Positions 8,581 to 17,025 of a DNA stretch of 48,896 nucleotides are shown here, one piece after another. Every line of letters begins with the position of its first letter. The first letter of the stretch is position 1. Under the pieces are notes generated by a model. The model saw only the letters and a program-made list of their open reading frames with translations. It searched no databases and was not told where the DNA came from. The stretch is from Anaerolineae bacterium (GTDB lineage: Bacteria; Chloroflexota; Anaerolineae; Aggregatilineales; UBA3940): the NCBI GenBank assembly GCA_034430335.1, contig DAOUES010000096.1, positions 1-48,896 of the forward strand. The letters are read 5' to 3'. The translations under genes and the position numbers were made by a program.

Positions 8581-9018
8581 ATGCCATATACGATTCTGTG
8601 CGTCGAAGATGAGCCTCGTATCGTCGAACTGCTTCAAGCGGTGCTGGAGCATCCCGATATTCACCTCCTGGCGGCTTACAACAGTGAAGACGGCCTGAAA
8701 CGGGCGCGCCAGCAAAAGCCCGATCTGCTCATCCTCGACGTGATCATGCCCGACAACGACGGCTGGTGGGTCTATATGCATGTTCGCGCCGATATGGAGT
8801 TGTGTGAAACGCCGATCATCGTGCTGACCGGGATACTCCATCGCTACAAGATCATCAAAGAATTTGCCGACAGCCCCATCGACGCCTATATCACCAAACC
8901 GTTCGACGCTGGCACAGTCCGGAAGGTTGCTCAGGAAATGCTGGGATGTACCCTCTGGTCTTCCCAAACCGGTCTGCCCGTCCGTTCGGAATCCGCCGAC
9001 GAGGCGCGGCTGGCCTGA
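8581..9018 (+). CDS. Single-domain (CheY-like) response regulator
   Basis: VEDEP..DLLILDVIMPDNDGW..IIVLTG..ITKPF covers the receiver acidic pocket, the phospho-Asp, and the conserved Thr and Lys. There is no output domain. Confidence 0.85.
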   Translation: MPYTILCVEDEPRIVELLQAVLEHPDIHLLAAYNSEDGLKRARQQKPDLLILDVIMPDNDGWWVYMHVRADMELCETPIIVLTGILHRYKIIKEFADSPIDAYITKPFDAGTVRKVAQEMLGCTLWSSQTGLPVRSESADEARLA

Positions 9019-9037
9019 CTTGAAGGTTCTACAACGC

Positions 9038-9733
9038 ATGAGTGACCACCAACAGCCCGAATCGCTTACCTTTCAACTTGATCACAACCATCTCGGCGTG
9101 CGTGTTGCCACACTTGCCGCGCTGTTTACCGGCGTCTGCCTCTCGATTTCGCTGCTGCCGGTCATATTACATAACGTCGCCGTTCCCTGGAAGACGATTG
9201 GCCTGCTCGTGATCGGCCTGGGCGTGTCGATTGGCTTCGCCTGGTTTGCCGAACGCTCGCTGCGAAAGGTCTGGCCCAGCGGTCGTGAATTGATTGGCGG
9301 TGCTGAGAATCTGGTTCTCCGTGAGAAGAGCGGCGAGTCAGCCGAAATTGCCTGGGATGGCGAGCCGGAGATCAAGACCTGGTATTTTACTATCGACAGC
9401 CGCCGCGTTTCCGTGCCGAAAGGCTGGCACTGCGTATCGCTTCAACTGGCCCAGTCCGATCAACCGATCACCGTCTATGCGTTCATGTCTCCCGCCGATT
9501 TCGAGATGCTTCCGGCCAATAACAGCTTCGACATGCTCATCTCGCGACGGGACACAACCGGGCGGAAGCCATCAAAAACCGAAATCGACGATGGCCCGCA
9601 GGCGGAGTTGTGGAAGGCCGAGCGCCATCGCTGGCAAAGCGGTGCCGAGATGCAGCCCACCGATTTTGCATCGCTGATCCGGTTGATTGGCCGGAAGGCA
9701 CCGTCCTGGCTTTCAGGAGCGCGGTCAGAATGA
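9038..9733 (+). CDS. Hypothetical membrane protein (2 TM helices plus soluble C-terminal domain)
   Basis: I start the gene at the ATG at 9038 (MSDHQQPESL..), 19 nt after the regulator stop. Two hydrophobic helices are present (LAALFTGVCLSISLLPVIL and IGLLVIGLGVSIGFAWF). I recognise no domain. Confidence 0.55.
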   Translation: MSDHQQPESLTFQLDHNHLGVRVATLAALFTGVCLSISLLPVILHNVAVPWKTIGLLVIGLGVSIGFAWFAERSLRKVWPSGRELIGGAENLVLREKSGESAEIAWDGEPEIKTWYFTIDSRRVSVPKGWHCVSLQLAQSDQPITVYAFMSPADFEMLPANNSFDMLISRRDTTGRKPSKTEIDDGPQAELWKAERHRWQSGAEMQPTDFASLIRLIGRKAPSWLSGARSE

Positions 9734-9858
9734 ACAGGGGCCGGGTGTTGTCGATATGGGGTCGTATAGAAGCGGCGCCGCTCTATCCGGGTACAGGGCG
9801 AACGGTGCCACAAGAGAGCTTGGTTTATCCTTTATCCCCGGTCCGTATTCATCAGGAC

Positions 9859-9906
9859 TCAAGTCCCCTCGCCCTGAGGGAGAGGGGATTTAGGGGTGAG
9901 GGCAGG
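9859..9906 (+). repeat. Family A core, diverged copy 2
   Basis: tcaagtcccctcgccctgagggagaggggatttaggggtgagggcagg is near-identical to the core of copies 1 and 3. The flanks (about 9804-9941) are only loosely alignable, including a ctgtggt right-end remnant. Confidence 0.75.
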
Positions 9907-9921
9907 ACACAACGCAGATTC

Positions 9922-11454
9922 GTGTTATTGTCTCTGTGGTTAAAGTTAGCAGCAGTACTGTTGATAGGCATCGTCGTCTTTCAGCCCTTCCCCGCCCCTG
10001 CCAGTGCTCAATCCGGTCATCCCTCCGATCCCCGCTTTGGGGTGATCGAGCCGCACCATGCGCCTGAGCAGGCCGCCGAACTGGGTGCGGCCTGGGGGCG
10101 GGCGCGTTTTCACTGGGCGTTGATCCAGCCCGGCGGCCCCGATCAATGGCAGGTAGACGAACTGACCGCCGGCGAACTGGCCGGTGAGATCGGCGCGGGG
10201 CGTGAAGTCGTTGGCCTGTTGATCGGAATCCCCGACTGGGCAAAGGACGACGCCGGGCTGCCAAAAGGTCTGTATCTGGCCCCGGACAATCCCGGCAACC
10301 TGTGGGCGAATTTCGTGCGTGAGGCGGTGACGCGCTACGCCGGGCAGATCGATCACTGGATCATCTGGAACGAACCCGATGTCTGGAATGCCAGCCATCC
10401 GGCCTACACCTGGCCGGGTGATGTCGATGATTATGTTCGCCTGCTGAAAGTCGCCTATCTGGTCGCCAACGACGCCAACCCCGATTCCGTGATCCACCTC
10501 GCGGCGATGAGTCACTGGTGGGATGTGGAGTACAACCGCGAGTTGTATTTCCCCCGCCTGCTCGACGCCATCCTTGCCGACCCCGACGCGGCACAGAACG
10601 ATTATTTTTACGATGCTGCCACTTTGCAGCTTTACTTCAACCCGGCCACCGTCTACGAGATCGTCGAAGAGTACCGGGGCTACCAGTCCGAGCGTGGGCT
10701 GGACAAGCCGGTCTGGTTGGTCGAAACCAACGCCGCGCCGACCACCGACCCCGCCTGGCCGGTCGCCGATCCTAATTTAAATGTCACCCTGCTCGAACAG
10801 GCCGCCTATATGCCGCAGGGATTGGCGCTGGCGCTCGCCGCCGGTGCCGACCGGGTGGCGATCTACAAGCTGATCGATACCCCCGGTGATGTTGTGGCGA
10901 ACCCGGAGCCGTTTGGCCTGGTTCGCGCCGATCATACCCCGCGCCCGGCCTTCAAGACTGCCCAAGTCGCGATTGATCTGCTCTCCGCCGCCGACCGCCT
11001 GACCTGGAACGAGCGCCATATCGTTTCGCAGGTCGTCGTCGAAAAAAGTGATCAGATCGTCCGGCTGCTGTGGTCAAGAGTCCCGGTCGCGCAGTCGGTC
11101 GAAATCCCGGCGCTTGCCGGATCAGCCGAACTGGTCGATATGTGGGGGAATCGGCAGGAGATCGAAGCCGAGAATGATCGCTATCACCTGACGCTCTATG
11201 CCGGGGAGTGTCTGCAAACAGCCGGTGACTACTGCATGATCGGCGGCCCGCCGGTTTACGTCATCGAAACGATAGATTCCGCCAAACTCCCGCTCGAAGA
11301 GGGTTCGCTGCCGCCGATCAGTTCATACGAGCCGCTCGACGAGATCGAGGTGTCGCCGCGCCGTGTGATCCCGGTGACGGTTTATCTGGTGATCGGTGCG
11401 CTTGTCATTGGCGCAGGAATGGTCTTAACTATTAAACGTAAACGAGGTCGTTGA
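9922..11454 (+). CDS. Secreted or membrane-tethered clan GH-A (TIM-barrel) glycoside hydrolase-like protein
   Basis: I start the gene at the GTG at 9922 (VLLSLWLKLAAVLLIGIVVF..PASAQSG, a signal peptide). HWIIWNEPD (acid/base NEP) and PVWLVETN (nucleophile Glu) motifs are present, and there is a C-terminal TM anchor VYLVIGALVIGAGMVLTIKRKRGR. The ORF-track start at 9610 reads through the repeat. Confidence 0.7.
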   Translation: MLLSLWLKLAAVLLIGIVVFQPFPAPASAQSGHPSDPRFGVIEPHHAPEQAAELGAAWGRARFHWALIQPGGPDQWQVDELTAGELAGEIGAGREVVGLLIGIPDWAKDDAGLPKGLYLAPDNPGNLWANFVREAVTRYAGQIDHWIIWNEPDVWNASHPAYTWPGDVDDYVRLLKVAYLVANDANPDSVIHLAAMSHWWDVEYNRELYFPRLLDAILADPDAAQNDYFYDAATLQLYFNPATVYEIVEEYRGYQSERGLDKPVWLVETNAAPTTDPAWPVADPNLNVTLLEQAAYMPQGLALALAAGADRVAIYKLIDTPGDVVANPEPFGLVRADHTPRPAFKTAQVAIDLLSAADRLTWNERHIVSQVVVEKSDQIVRLLWSRVPVAQSVEIPALAGSAELVDMWGNRQEIEAENDRYHLTLYAGECLQTAGDYCMIGGPPVYVIETIDSAKLPLEEGSLPPISSYEPLDEIEVSPRRVIPVTVYLVIGALVIGAGMVLTIKRKRGR

Positions 11455-11487
11455 GTCTATGTGTTTTCATCGCCAGGAGGTGTGCGA

Positions 11488-12375
11488 ATGCCGGATGTAA
11501 AAATCTTTTGGGATCCACAGGGCGTTTCCGTTGACTCGCTGGGAAGTAAAGCCTTTATTCGGGCAACCGATGGCGATACGCCGTATGTGTCGATGTCGAT
11601 TCGCATGTTGAGCATCGACGCGCCGGAAGTGCATTATCCGGGGAACACGAAACCGTCGAAGAGCGATGAAGACCTGGCGACACTCGCGTACTGGCTCGAA
11701 CAGGGCAAAGCGCCGGTCGACGACGATCTGTCTGCCTACCTGCATCCCAGGCTGGCAACCGGCAAGGCCGGGACCGAGCACGAGAAGCAGGGCGAGCAGG
11801 CGACGGCGGTATTCAAGCAGATGCTCGATCAGATGCTCACTAAGGAAAGCGGATCGAAGCGCGGCCTCTATATCCGCACTGCCGACGAAGCCTTCGATAG
11901 TTATGGGCGCTTACTCGCCTATATCGCGCCGAACTATTCCGCCGCCGAGCGGGCCGCGCTCTCCGAATGGGAGCGCTCGACCTTTAATCTGCTGATGGTG
12001 CGGGCGGGTTGGGCCGCAACCATGATTATCTACCCCAGTCTGCCCAAGTACAGCGACCTTGTGATGATGCGCGATTCGGCGCGTGAGGCGTACCTGGCGG
12101 GACGGGGGATATGGAGCAATCCACTCACGCTGACCGGCTACGAGTTCCGGATGGCGGTCAAACTATACGGCGTGACTAAACGGCTGGTCGATGGCGAGCA
12201 GCTTTCCGAAGGCCAGCGCAACTCCTGGATCGAACGCTACTGTGTCGACCTGACGACCCGCGAGATATTCTACCCCCAGCGGTATGTGCGCGTTGCCCCG
12301 TATAATCGCCTGTTCGTCTGGCCGGACGATGTCTCCGCAGCAGTCAGTACGATGAACCTGTCGCCCGGCGATTAG
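11488..12375 (+). CDS. Staphylococcal-nuclease (SNase/thermonuclease)-like protein with a C-terminal extension
   Basis: ATDGDTPYV..IRMLSIDAPE..DSYGRLLAYI..FNLLMVRAGWA match the SNase catalytic and Ca-binding signature. The ATG at 11488 has an AGGAGG RBS. I see no obvious signal peptide. Confidence 0.7.
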   Translation: MPDVKIFWDPQGVSVDSLGSKAFIRATDGDTPYVSMSIRMLSIDAPEVHYPGNTKPSKSDEDLATLAYWLEQGKAPVDDDLSAYLHPRLATGKAGTEHEKQGEQATAVFKQMLDQMLTKESGSKRGLYIRTADEAFDSYGRLLAYIAPNYSAAERAALSEWERSTFNLLMVRAGWAATMIIYPSLPKYSDLVMMRDSAREAYLAGRGIWSNPLTLTGYEFRMAVKLYGVTKRLVDGEQLSEGQRNSWIERYCVDLTTREIFYPQRYVRVAPYNRLFVWPDDVSAAVSTMNLSPGD

Positions 12376-12385
12376 GGAGGAATCG

Positions 12386-12874
12386 ATGCGAATCGCGGTC
12401 TGTTCTGATATTCACGATAACATCTGGAAGCTGGAAGCGGCCTTACCCGGTATGAACCGCGCCAATGCGCTGGTTTTCTGCGGCGACTTCTGTGCGCCCT
12501 TTACCCTGACCCAACTGGCGCGTGGCTTCGAAGGCCCGGTGCATGCCGTTTTTGGCAACAACGACGGTGATCAATGGCTGTTGTTGAAGATGGCCGAGGA
12601 AGCGGGGAATATCACCCTGCATGGGCAGTTAGCCGAATTGGACCTCGGTGGATTGTCGATAGCCGTCAGTCATTATCCTGAGATTGCGCGCGGGTTGGCT
12701 TTGAGCGGCCTGTACGATGTCGTCTGTTACGGCCACGATCACACCCTGAACGAAGAGCGAATCGGCGATACGCTCCTGCTCAATCCCGGCGAAATCATGG
12801 GCCGGGATGGGCGGAGCACGTATGTGATCGTCGATTCTGATGACCGGTCGGTAGAAGTCTATGATGTCGCCTGA
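12386..12874 (+). CDS. YfcE/MJ0936-family metallophosphoesterase
   Basis: MRIAVCSDIHDN..CGDFCAP..GNNDGD..GHDH motifs, with a GGGAGG RBS. Confidence 0.85.
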   Translation: MRIAVCSDIHDNIWKLEAALPGMNRANALVFCGDFCAPFTLTQLARGFEGPVHAVFGNNDGDQWLLLKMAEEAGNITLHGQLAELDLGGLSIAVSHYPEIARGLALSGLYDVVCYGHDHTLNEERIGDTLLLNPGEIMGRDGRSTYVIVDSDDRSVEVYDVA

Positions 12875-13130
12875 GCCGGATGTCAGGGGCATCCTCGGCC
12901 AGGCGTTGGGAAAAGGCTGCCTGGCCGGGATCGGTGTGGCACTGGGGTTTTTGGTGATTGGCGGGTTGATCTACGGCCTTTTGAGCCTGCTCGGTGTTTC
13001 TGAGAACATGCGCCTGTTTTTCGCCGTCGCCGGTGGGCCGATCATCGGGACGGTGATCCTGTTTGTCGTCGTATGGGTGATGAACAACCGCGCGCGGCAG
13101 TCCGGTGATCGAGACGATGGAACAGCTTAG
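12861..13130 (+). CDS. Small hypothetical membrane protein (2 TM)
   Basis: 89 aa with two clear hydrophobic helices. It fills an otherwise non-coding gap and overlaps both neighbours by about 14 nt. I recognise no homology. Confidence 0.5.
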   Translation: MMSPEPDVRGILGQALGKGCLAGIGVALGFLVIGGLIYGLLSLLGVSENMRLFFAVAGGPIIGTVILFVVVWVMNNRARQSGDRDDGTA

Positions 13131-13653
13131 AGGAACGCCGCTCAAGCGGTTTCTACGCGACTACCGGCGGGCGCATCCCCAGCCGGTCGATCTGGCGCTG
13201 GTGCTTCAAAGCGTCGCCTACCCGGTCAATGTCGGGTCGCTGTTCCGTATCGCCGATGCCGTTGGCGTGAGCAAGATGTTTTTGTGCGGCATCACGCCGA
13301 CCCCTCCCAACAAGACGATCTCGAAAGTGGGCCGCAACCGCGATCACGATGTCGATTGGTATTATGAGGAACGGGTTGAAGATATTCTTCCCGTTCTGCG
13401 TCAGGAAGACTATCACATCTGCGCCCTTGAGATCACCGATACCGCCGCGCCGTATTTCGAGGTCAGCTATCCAGATCGCTTATGTCTGGTTGTCGGCAAC
13501 GAGGATCACGGAGTCACGCGCGCGGCGCTTGCCCTCTGCGATTCGTCGGTGTTCGTCCCGATGTACGGCAAGGGCAAATCGCTGAACGTGCATGTCAGCG
13601 CCGGAGTCGTGCTGTACCACGTCATCCATCAGGCGATGGATCGGCAGGGGTAG
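13105..13653 (+). CDS. SpoU/TrmH-family RNA 2'-O-methyltransferase
   Basis: NVGSLFRIADAVG..LVVGNEDHGVT..SLNVHVSAGVVLY motifs. The start is either the GTG at 13105 or the ATG at 13117. Confidence 0.85.
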   Translation: MIETMEQLRGTPLKRFLRDYRRAHPQPVDLALVLQSVAYPVNVGSLFRIADAVGVSKMFLCGITPTPPNKTISKVGRNRDHDVDWYYEERVEDILPVLRQEDYHICALEITDTAAPYFEVSYPDRLCLVVGNEDHGVTRAALALCDSSVFVPMYGKGKSLNVHVSAGVVLYHVIHQAMDRQG

Positions 13654-13774
13654 GGCGAGGGACCTATCCGTAAATCCGTTCGGATAGGTAAATGCCAACT
13701 CCATCCTGTGAGGTTCTTATGGTGTTTGTCGAAACAATCTTGATATGAAGCCTCCTTCAAAAATAAAGTTATGT

Positions 13775-13826
13775 CGCCCCCCTTGCTAAGGGGGGCAGGT
13801 TCTCGCGAAGCGAGAAGCGGGGGGTG
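13775..13826 (+). repeat. REP-like GC hairpin module (family B)
   Basis: Layout is C6 run, ttgctaa, G6 run, then caggttctcGCGAAGCgagaagc and a second G6 run. It has the same architecture as the first module at 17732-17901. Confidence 0.7.
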
Positions 13827-13889
13827 ATCGTGGTCGAGCAGCCCACTCCGTTTTCCTTCCGAAGTTTTGTCTGTATCCAGGAGTGAAAA

Positions 13890-15584
13890 ATGATAAAGGT
13901 CGTGACCGTTCAACAAATGCGTGATATCGAAGCCGCCACCGACGCGGCTGGCGTCTCGTATGATGAAATGATGCTCCACGCCGGAAAAGCGGTCGCCGAG
14001 ATCGTCATGCAGGCGCTTGGCAACGATTCAAGCGATCAGCGCGTCGTTGTGCTGGTTGGGCCGGGAAACAACGGCGGCGATGGGCTTGTCGCGGCCCGCA
14101 TCCTCAAAGAGACAACCGCCGCCGAGATCGGCTGCTACCTGCTTGCCCATCGCAGCGGCGACGACCCTGTCTATCGTGGTGCAGTCGACGCCGGGGTGTT
14201 CATCGCCGTGATGGAAGATGATCAGCGCAGCCGGGTGCTCCGCAATCTGGTCGAAAGCGCCGATGTCGTCGTTGATGCTCTGCTGGGCACCGGTGCGCGT
14301 CTCCCGGTGGAGGGCGACCTGCAAAAGCTGCTGAAGACCGTCTCAGGCTCGCTGGAACGGGTTTCTAAGCGCAGCAGCGATAAAGATAGCCCGGTATGGC
14401 CTGCGATGCCTCTTCCTCGTTCAGGCAGCCGCCCGGCAGTGATCGCCGTCGATTGTCCCTCCGGCCTCGATTGTGATACCGGCGAACTCGATCCCGCTGC
14501 CATTCCCGCCGATATAACCGTCACCTTTGCCGCCGCGAAGACCGGGCAGATGCTTTTCCCCGGTGCCGAAGCCGTCGGCGAACTGGTCGTCGCCCCTATC
14601 GGCACGCCGGACGATCTTGCCGAACTGGATGCCGTCCCGCTTGATCTGGTAACCGGGGACGATGTCTCTACACTGCTGCCCCGCCGCCTGCGTGACAGCC
14701 ACAAGGGAACGTTTGGTCGGGCGCTGATCGCTGCCGGGTCGATCAACTATACCGGCGCGGTATCGCTGGCCGGTGAAGCCGCCTACCGGGTCGGAGCCGG
14801 GCTGGTGACCCTTTCGGTGCCCCAGCCGATCTACCCGATTTTAGCCTCCCAACTGCGTGAGGTGACCTGGCTGCTCCTGCCGCACGACATGGGTGTGATC
14901 AATCGTGACGCCATTGACGTGATCGCGGAGGAGATTGATCGCATCGACGCGCTGTGCATCGGCCCCGGCCTGGGTAGCGAGGAGCCGACCGCCGAATTTA
15001 TTCGCGGCATTTTCCAGGGAGAGCGTCAGGCGAAGAAGGGGAATATTGGCTTCGTTTCGCCGGATCGCTCCGGCGGCGGACAGCGCCTCGAAATCACCTG
15101 CCCGCTGGTGATCGATGCCGACGGGTTGAACCTGCTGGCCGGGATCGATCAATGGTGGACGCTGCTCCCTGCGAACACGATCCTCACCCCTCATCCCGGC
15201 GAGATGGCCCGGCTGACCGGCCTCGAACGCGATGCGGTCCAGGCCGACCGTGCAGCGATTGCCCGCGAGAAGGCCGCTGAATGGAACTGCGTCGTCGTGT
15301 TGAAGGGCGCGTTTACGGTTATCGCTGAACCCGGCGGGCAGGTGGTGATGATGCCCTTTGCCATCGACGCGCTGGCGACGGCAGGTACGGGCGATGTTCT
15401 GGCAGGCTGCATCACCGGCTTTGCCGCGCAGGGATTGAATCCCTTTGATGCTGCGGTCGCCGGGGCATACGTTCACGGCTTGGCCGGGCAGATCGCCGCC
15501 TCGGAGATGGCATCGGCCAGTGTGCTCGCCTCGGATGTGCTGGCCGCTGTTCCTCTGGCGCTGGAAATCCTGACCCCGGCATAA
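13890..15584 (+). CDS. nnr: Bifunctional NAD(P)H-hydrate repair enzyme (YjeF_N epimerase plus ADP-dependent dehydratase)
   Basis: N-terminal VLVGPGNNGGDGLVAAR, and a C-terminal carbohydrate-kinase-like domain ending in GTGDVLAG. An AGGAG RBS is present. Confidence 0.9.
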   Translation: MIKVVTVQQMRDIEAATDAAGVSYDEMMLHAGKAVAEIVMQALGNDSSDQRVVVLVGPGNNGGDGLVAARILKETTAAEIGCYLLAHRSGDDPVYRGAVDAGVFIAVMEDDQRSRVLRNLVESADVVVDALLGTGARLPVEGDLQKLLKTVSGSLERVSKRSSDKDSPVWPAMPLPRSGSRPAVIAVDCPSGLDCDTGELDPAAIPADITVTFAAAKTGQMLFPGAEAVGELVVAPIGTPDDLAELDAVPLDLVTGDDVSTLLPRRLRDSHKGTFGRALIAAGSINYTGAVSLAGEAAYRVGAGLVTLSVPQPIYPILASQLREVTWLLLPHDMGVINRDAIDVIAEEIDRIDALCIGPGLGSEEPTAEFIRGIFQGERQAKKGNIGFVSPDRSGGGQRLEITCPLVIDADGLNLLAGIDQWWTLLPANTILTPHPGEMARLTGLERDAVQADRAAIAREKAAEWNCVVVLKGAFTVIAEPGGQVVMMPFAIDALATAGTGDVLAGCITGFAAQGLNPFDAAVAGAYVHGLAGQIAASEMASASVLASDVLAAVPLALEILTPA

Positions 15585-15585
15585 G

Positions 15586-15613
15586 CGAAAACCGGGTGCC
15601 GAAAAGCACCCGG
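15586..15613. terminator. Hairpin between convergent nnr and the ytxH-like operon
   Basis: ccgggtgc-cgaaaa-gcacccgg. Read on the minus strand it is followed by TTTT, so it is a better terminator for the minus-strand operon. Confidence 0.6.
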
Positions 15614-15665
15614 CATGGTTAACCTGCCGAAACTCTGTGAGAAACTGAGTTGAAGTTGATCGCCC

Positions 15666-16010
15666 TTATTCTGCGGGTGCTTCGGGTGCTTCTTTACTTT
15701 CGCCTTTTTGTGCCGACTCGATGGCGCTGGCAATCCGTGCCCGTGCTTCGGCGACGCTGTCCGCTGCTTTGCGTTGAAGTTCCTCGCTCTGCTTGCGGAC
15801 GTCTTGCAGTGTTGCGTCGGCCTGTTCCTTGATCTTCTTTATTTCCTCGTCGGCCCGGTCACGCAGTTCGATCCCCTTATCCTTGATCTGTTCCCGCGTT
15901 TCCTCACCTGACTGTGGGGCCAGGAGCAGGGCTGTTACCGCGCCGATCAACCCGCCAATAAAGAATCCAGAGAAGAATGCGCCAAATTCTCCACCATTGT
16001 TATCTGCCAT
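15666..16010 (-). CDS. YtxH-domain protein
   Basis: GFFIGGLIGAVTALLLAPQSGEETREQIKDKG followed by coiled-coil sequence is the typical YtxH layout. Confidence 0.8.
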   Translation of the reverse strand: MADNNGGEFGAFFSGFFIGGLIGAVTALLLAPQSGEETREQIKDKGIELRDRADEEIKKIKEQADATLQDVRKQSEELQRKAADSVAEARARIASAIESAQKGESKEAPEAPAE

Positions 16011-16016
16011 GATATG

Positions 16017-16616
16017 CTAGTCTCCTTTACTATCATTTTGTCCATTATCAATATTATCAATCGGTTCTTTTTCGATGTTTTCTTCGTTTGCTGCCGGTGT
16101 GTTTCCGTGCTGTGTCGGCGGTTCTTCTGGACTTTCCTCGCTCACTGGTGTTGAAGCCGCCGAAAAAGCTATCTCGGTGACCTTGCGGATCGCGTCTATA
16201 TCTTTCATCGTCTTGCTGATCGCCTGCAAGGTGCTGCTTGCCTGCATCACCGGCTCGGTCAGGTTTTTGCTGAGAAATGCCGCCGTTCCACGCACGGTGT
16301 TGACGGTATCCTGAGTTGAGGTGATGATCGGCTGGATTTCGTTGTTGAGCAGGTTGATGAACCTGGCTGTTTGAACCAGGAATACGGTAATCGCTGTAGC
16401 AATGATGACCAGTTCCAATGCCATGACGATGATCAGGAAATCGCGGATAACCTCGACCGCTGCCGAGGTCTGGTCGGCAAAAACCGCCAGCAGGACGCCC
16501 CCAACGACGACGATGATGGTAATGACGACTATCCCAATGCCAATACCGATGAACAACGCCTGGACATCCTGTTGATCGCCGGATTGGTTTTTTGTTTCGT
16601 TTTGTTCTGTGCTCAT
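16017..16616 (-). CDS. DUF948-like membrane protein
   Basis: Two TM helices are followed by a helical region INLLNNEIQPIITSTQDTVNTVRGTAAFLSKNLTEPV, and the gene is paired with a YtxH gene as in Firmicutes ytxG/ytxH. The domain call is from memory of the pattern. Confidence 0.55.
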   Translation of the reverse strand: MSTEQNETKNQSGDQQDVQALFIGIGIGIVVITIIVVVGGVLLAVFADQTSAAVEVIRDFLIIVMALELVIIATAITVFLVQTARFINLLNNEIQPIITSTQDTVNTVRGTAAFLSKNLTEPVMQASSTLQAISKTMKDIDAIRKVTEIAFSAASTPVSEESPEEPPTQHGNTPAANEENIEKEPIDNIDNGQNDSKGD

Positions 16617-16738
16617 GTCGTCAGTTCAGTTTCCCTGTGTTGATCAGCTTTGCTGGCTTTCGCCAATGTAGTGTGCCCAGTCCCGCACGCTGATCTGATT
16701 ATAGCATATGGTACTTATAGAAAAAACCGTACTTGAAA

Positions 16739-17017
16739 TCATTCGTCTTTTTCTGCCGGTTTTCTTGACGACAGCAGGATGGTCGTTGCCAGGGCGATCA
16801 CCGATCCGAGTGTCGCCGGGAGAAGGTTCGCCGGGCCAATCGCCAGTATTTTGATATCCATCACCACGCCAACGCCCTGCCCGATGGCGAATCCCACGCA
16901 CGAGGCGATGATATAGACCACCAACTGGCGTCCCGGTCCCCCGGTGATCAGGTGGGCCAGTGCGCCGTATAGAACGGCAAGTAAAAGGCTGAAAGTCGTT
17001 GATGGTATCGAAGACAC
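16739..17017 (-). CDS. Small hypothetical membrane protein (3 TM)
   Basis: 92 aa, Gly/Ala-rich hydrophobic helices, co-directional with its neighbours. Confidence 0.5.
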   Translation of the reverse strand: MSSIPSTTFSLLLAVLYGALAHLITGGPGRQLVVYIIASCVGFAIGQGVGVVMDIKILAIGPANLLPATLGSVIALATTILLSSRKPAEKDE

Positions 17018-17025
17018 GGGTTCTC

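Noticed and set aside
8400-8612. Small ORFs generated by repeats: 8400-8612, 9687-9893, 17688-17915, 25196-25381, 31341-31544 and 31369-31620.
   Set aside because: Their sequences are translations of the GC hairpin repeats (GFKSPR.EGEGI and similar) and they overlap real gene starts. There is no RBS or coding-like composition.
9610-9921. The N-terminal 104 codons of the 614-aa ORF (start at 9610).
   Set aside because: This segment overlaps the end of the preceding gene and translates the family A repeat (..SPLALRERGFRGEG..). A signal peptide begins at the GTG at 9922.
13660-13687. The hairpin cctatccg..cggatagg after the trmH-like gene, and a similar cctatcc..ggatagg hairpin at 38792-38827, as a possible shared motif.
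   Set aside because: Only the 7-8 nt stem arms match and the loops differ in length and sequence. These are more likely independent weak terminators.
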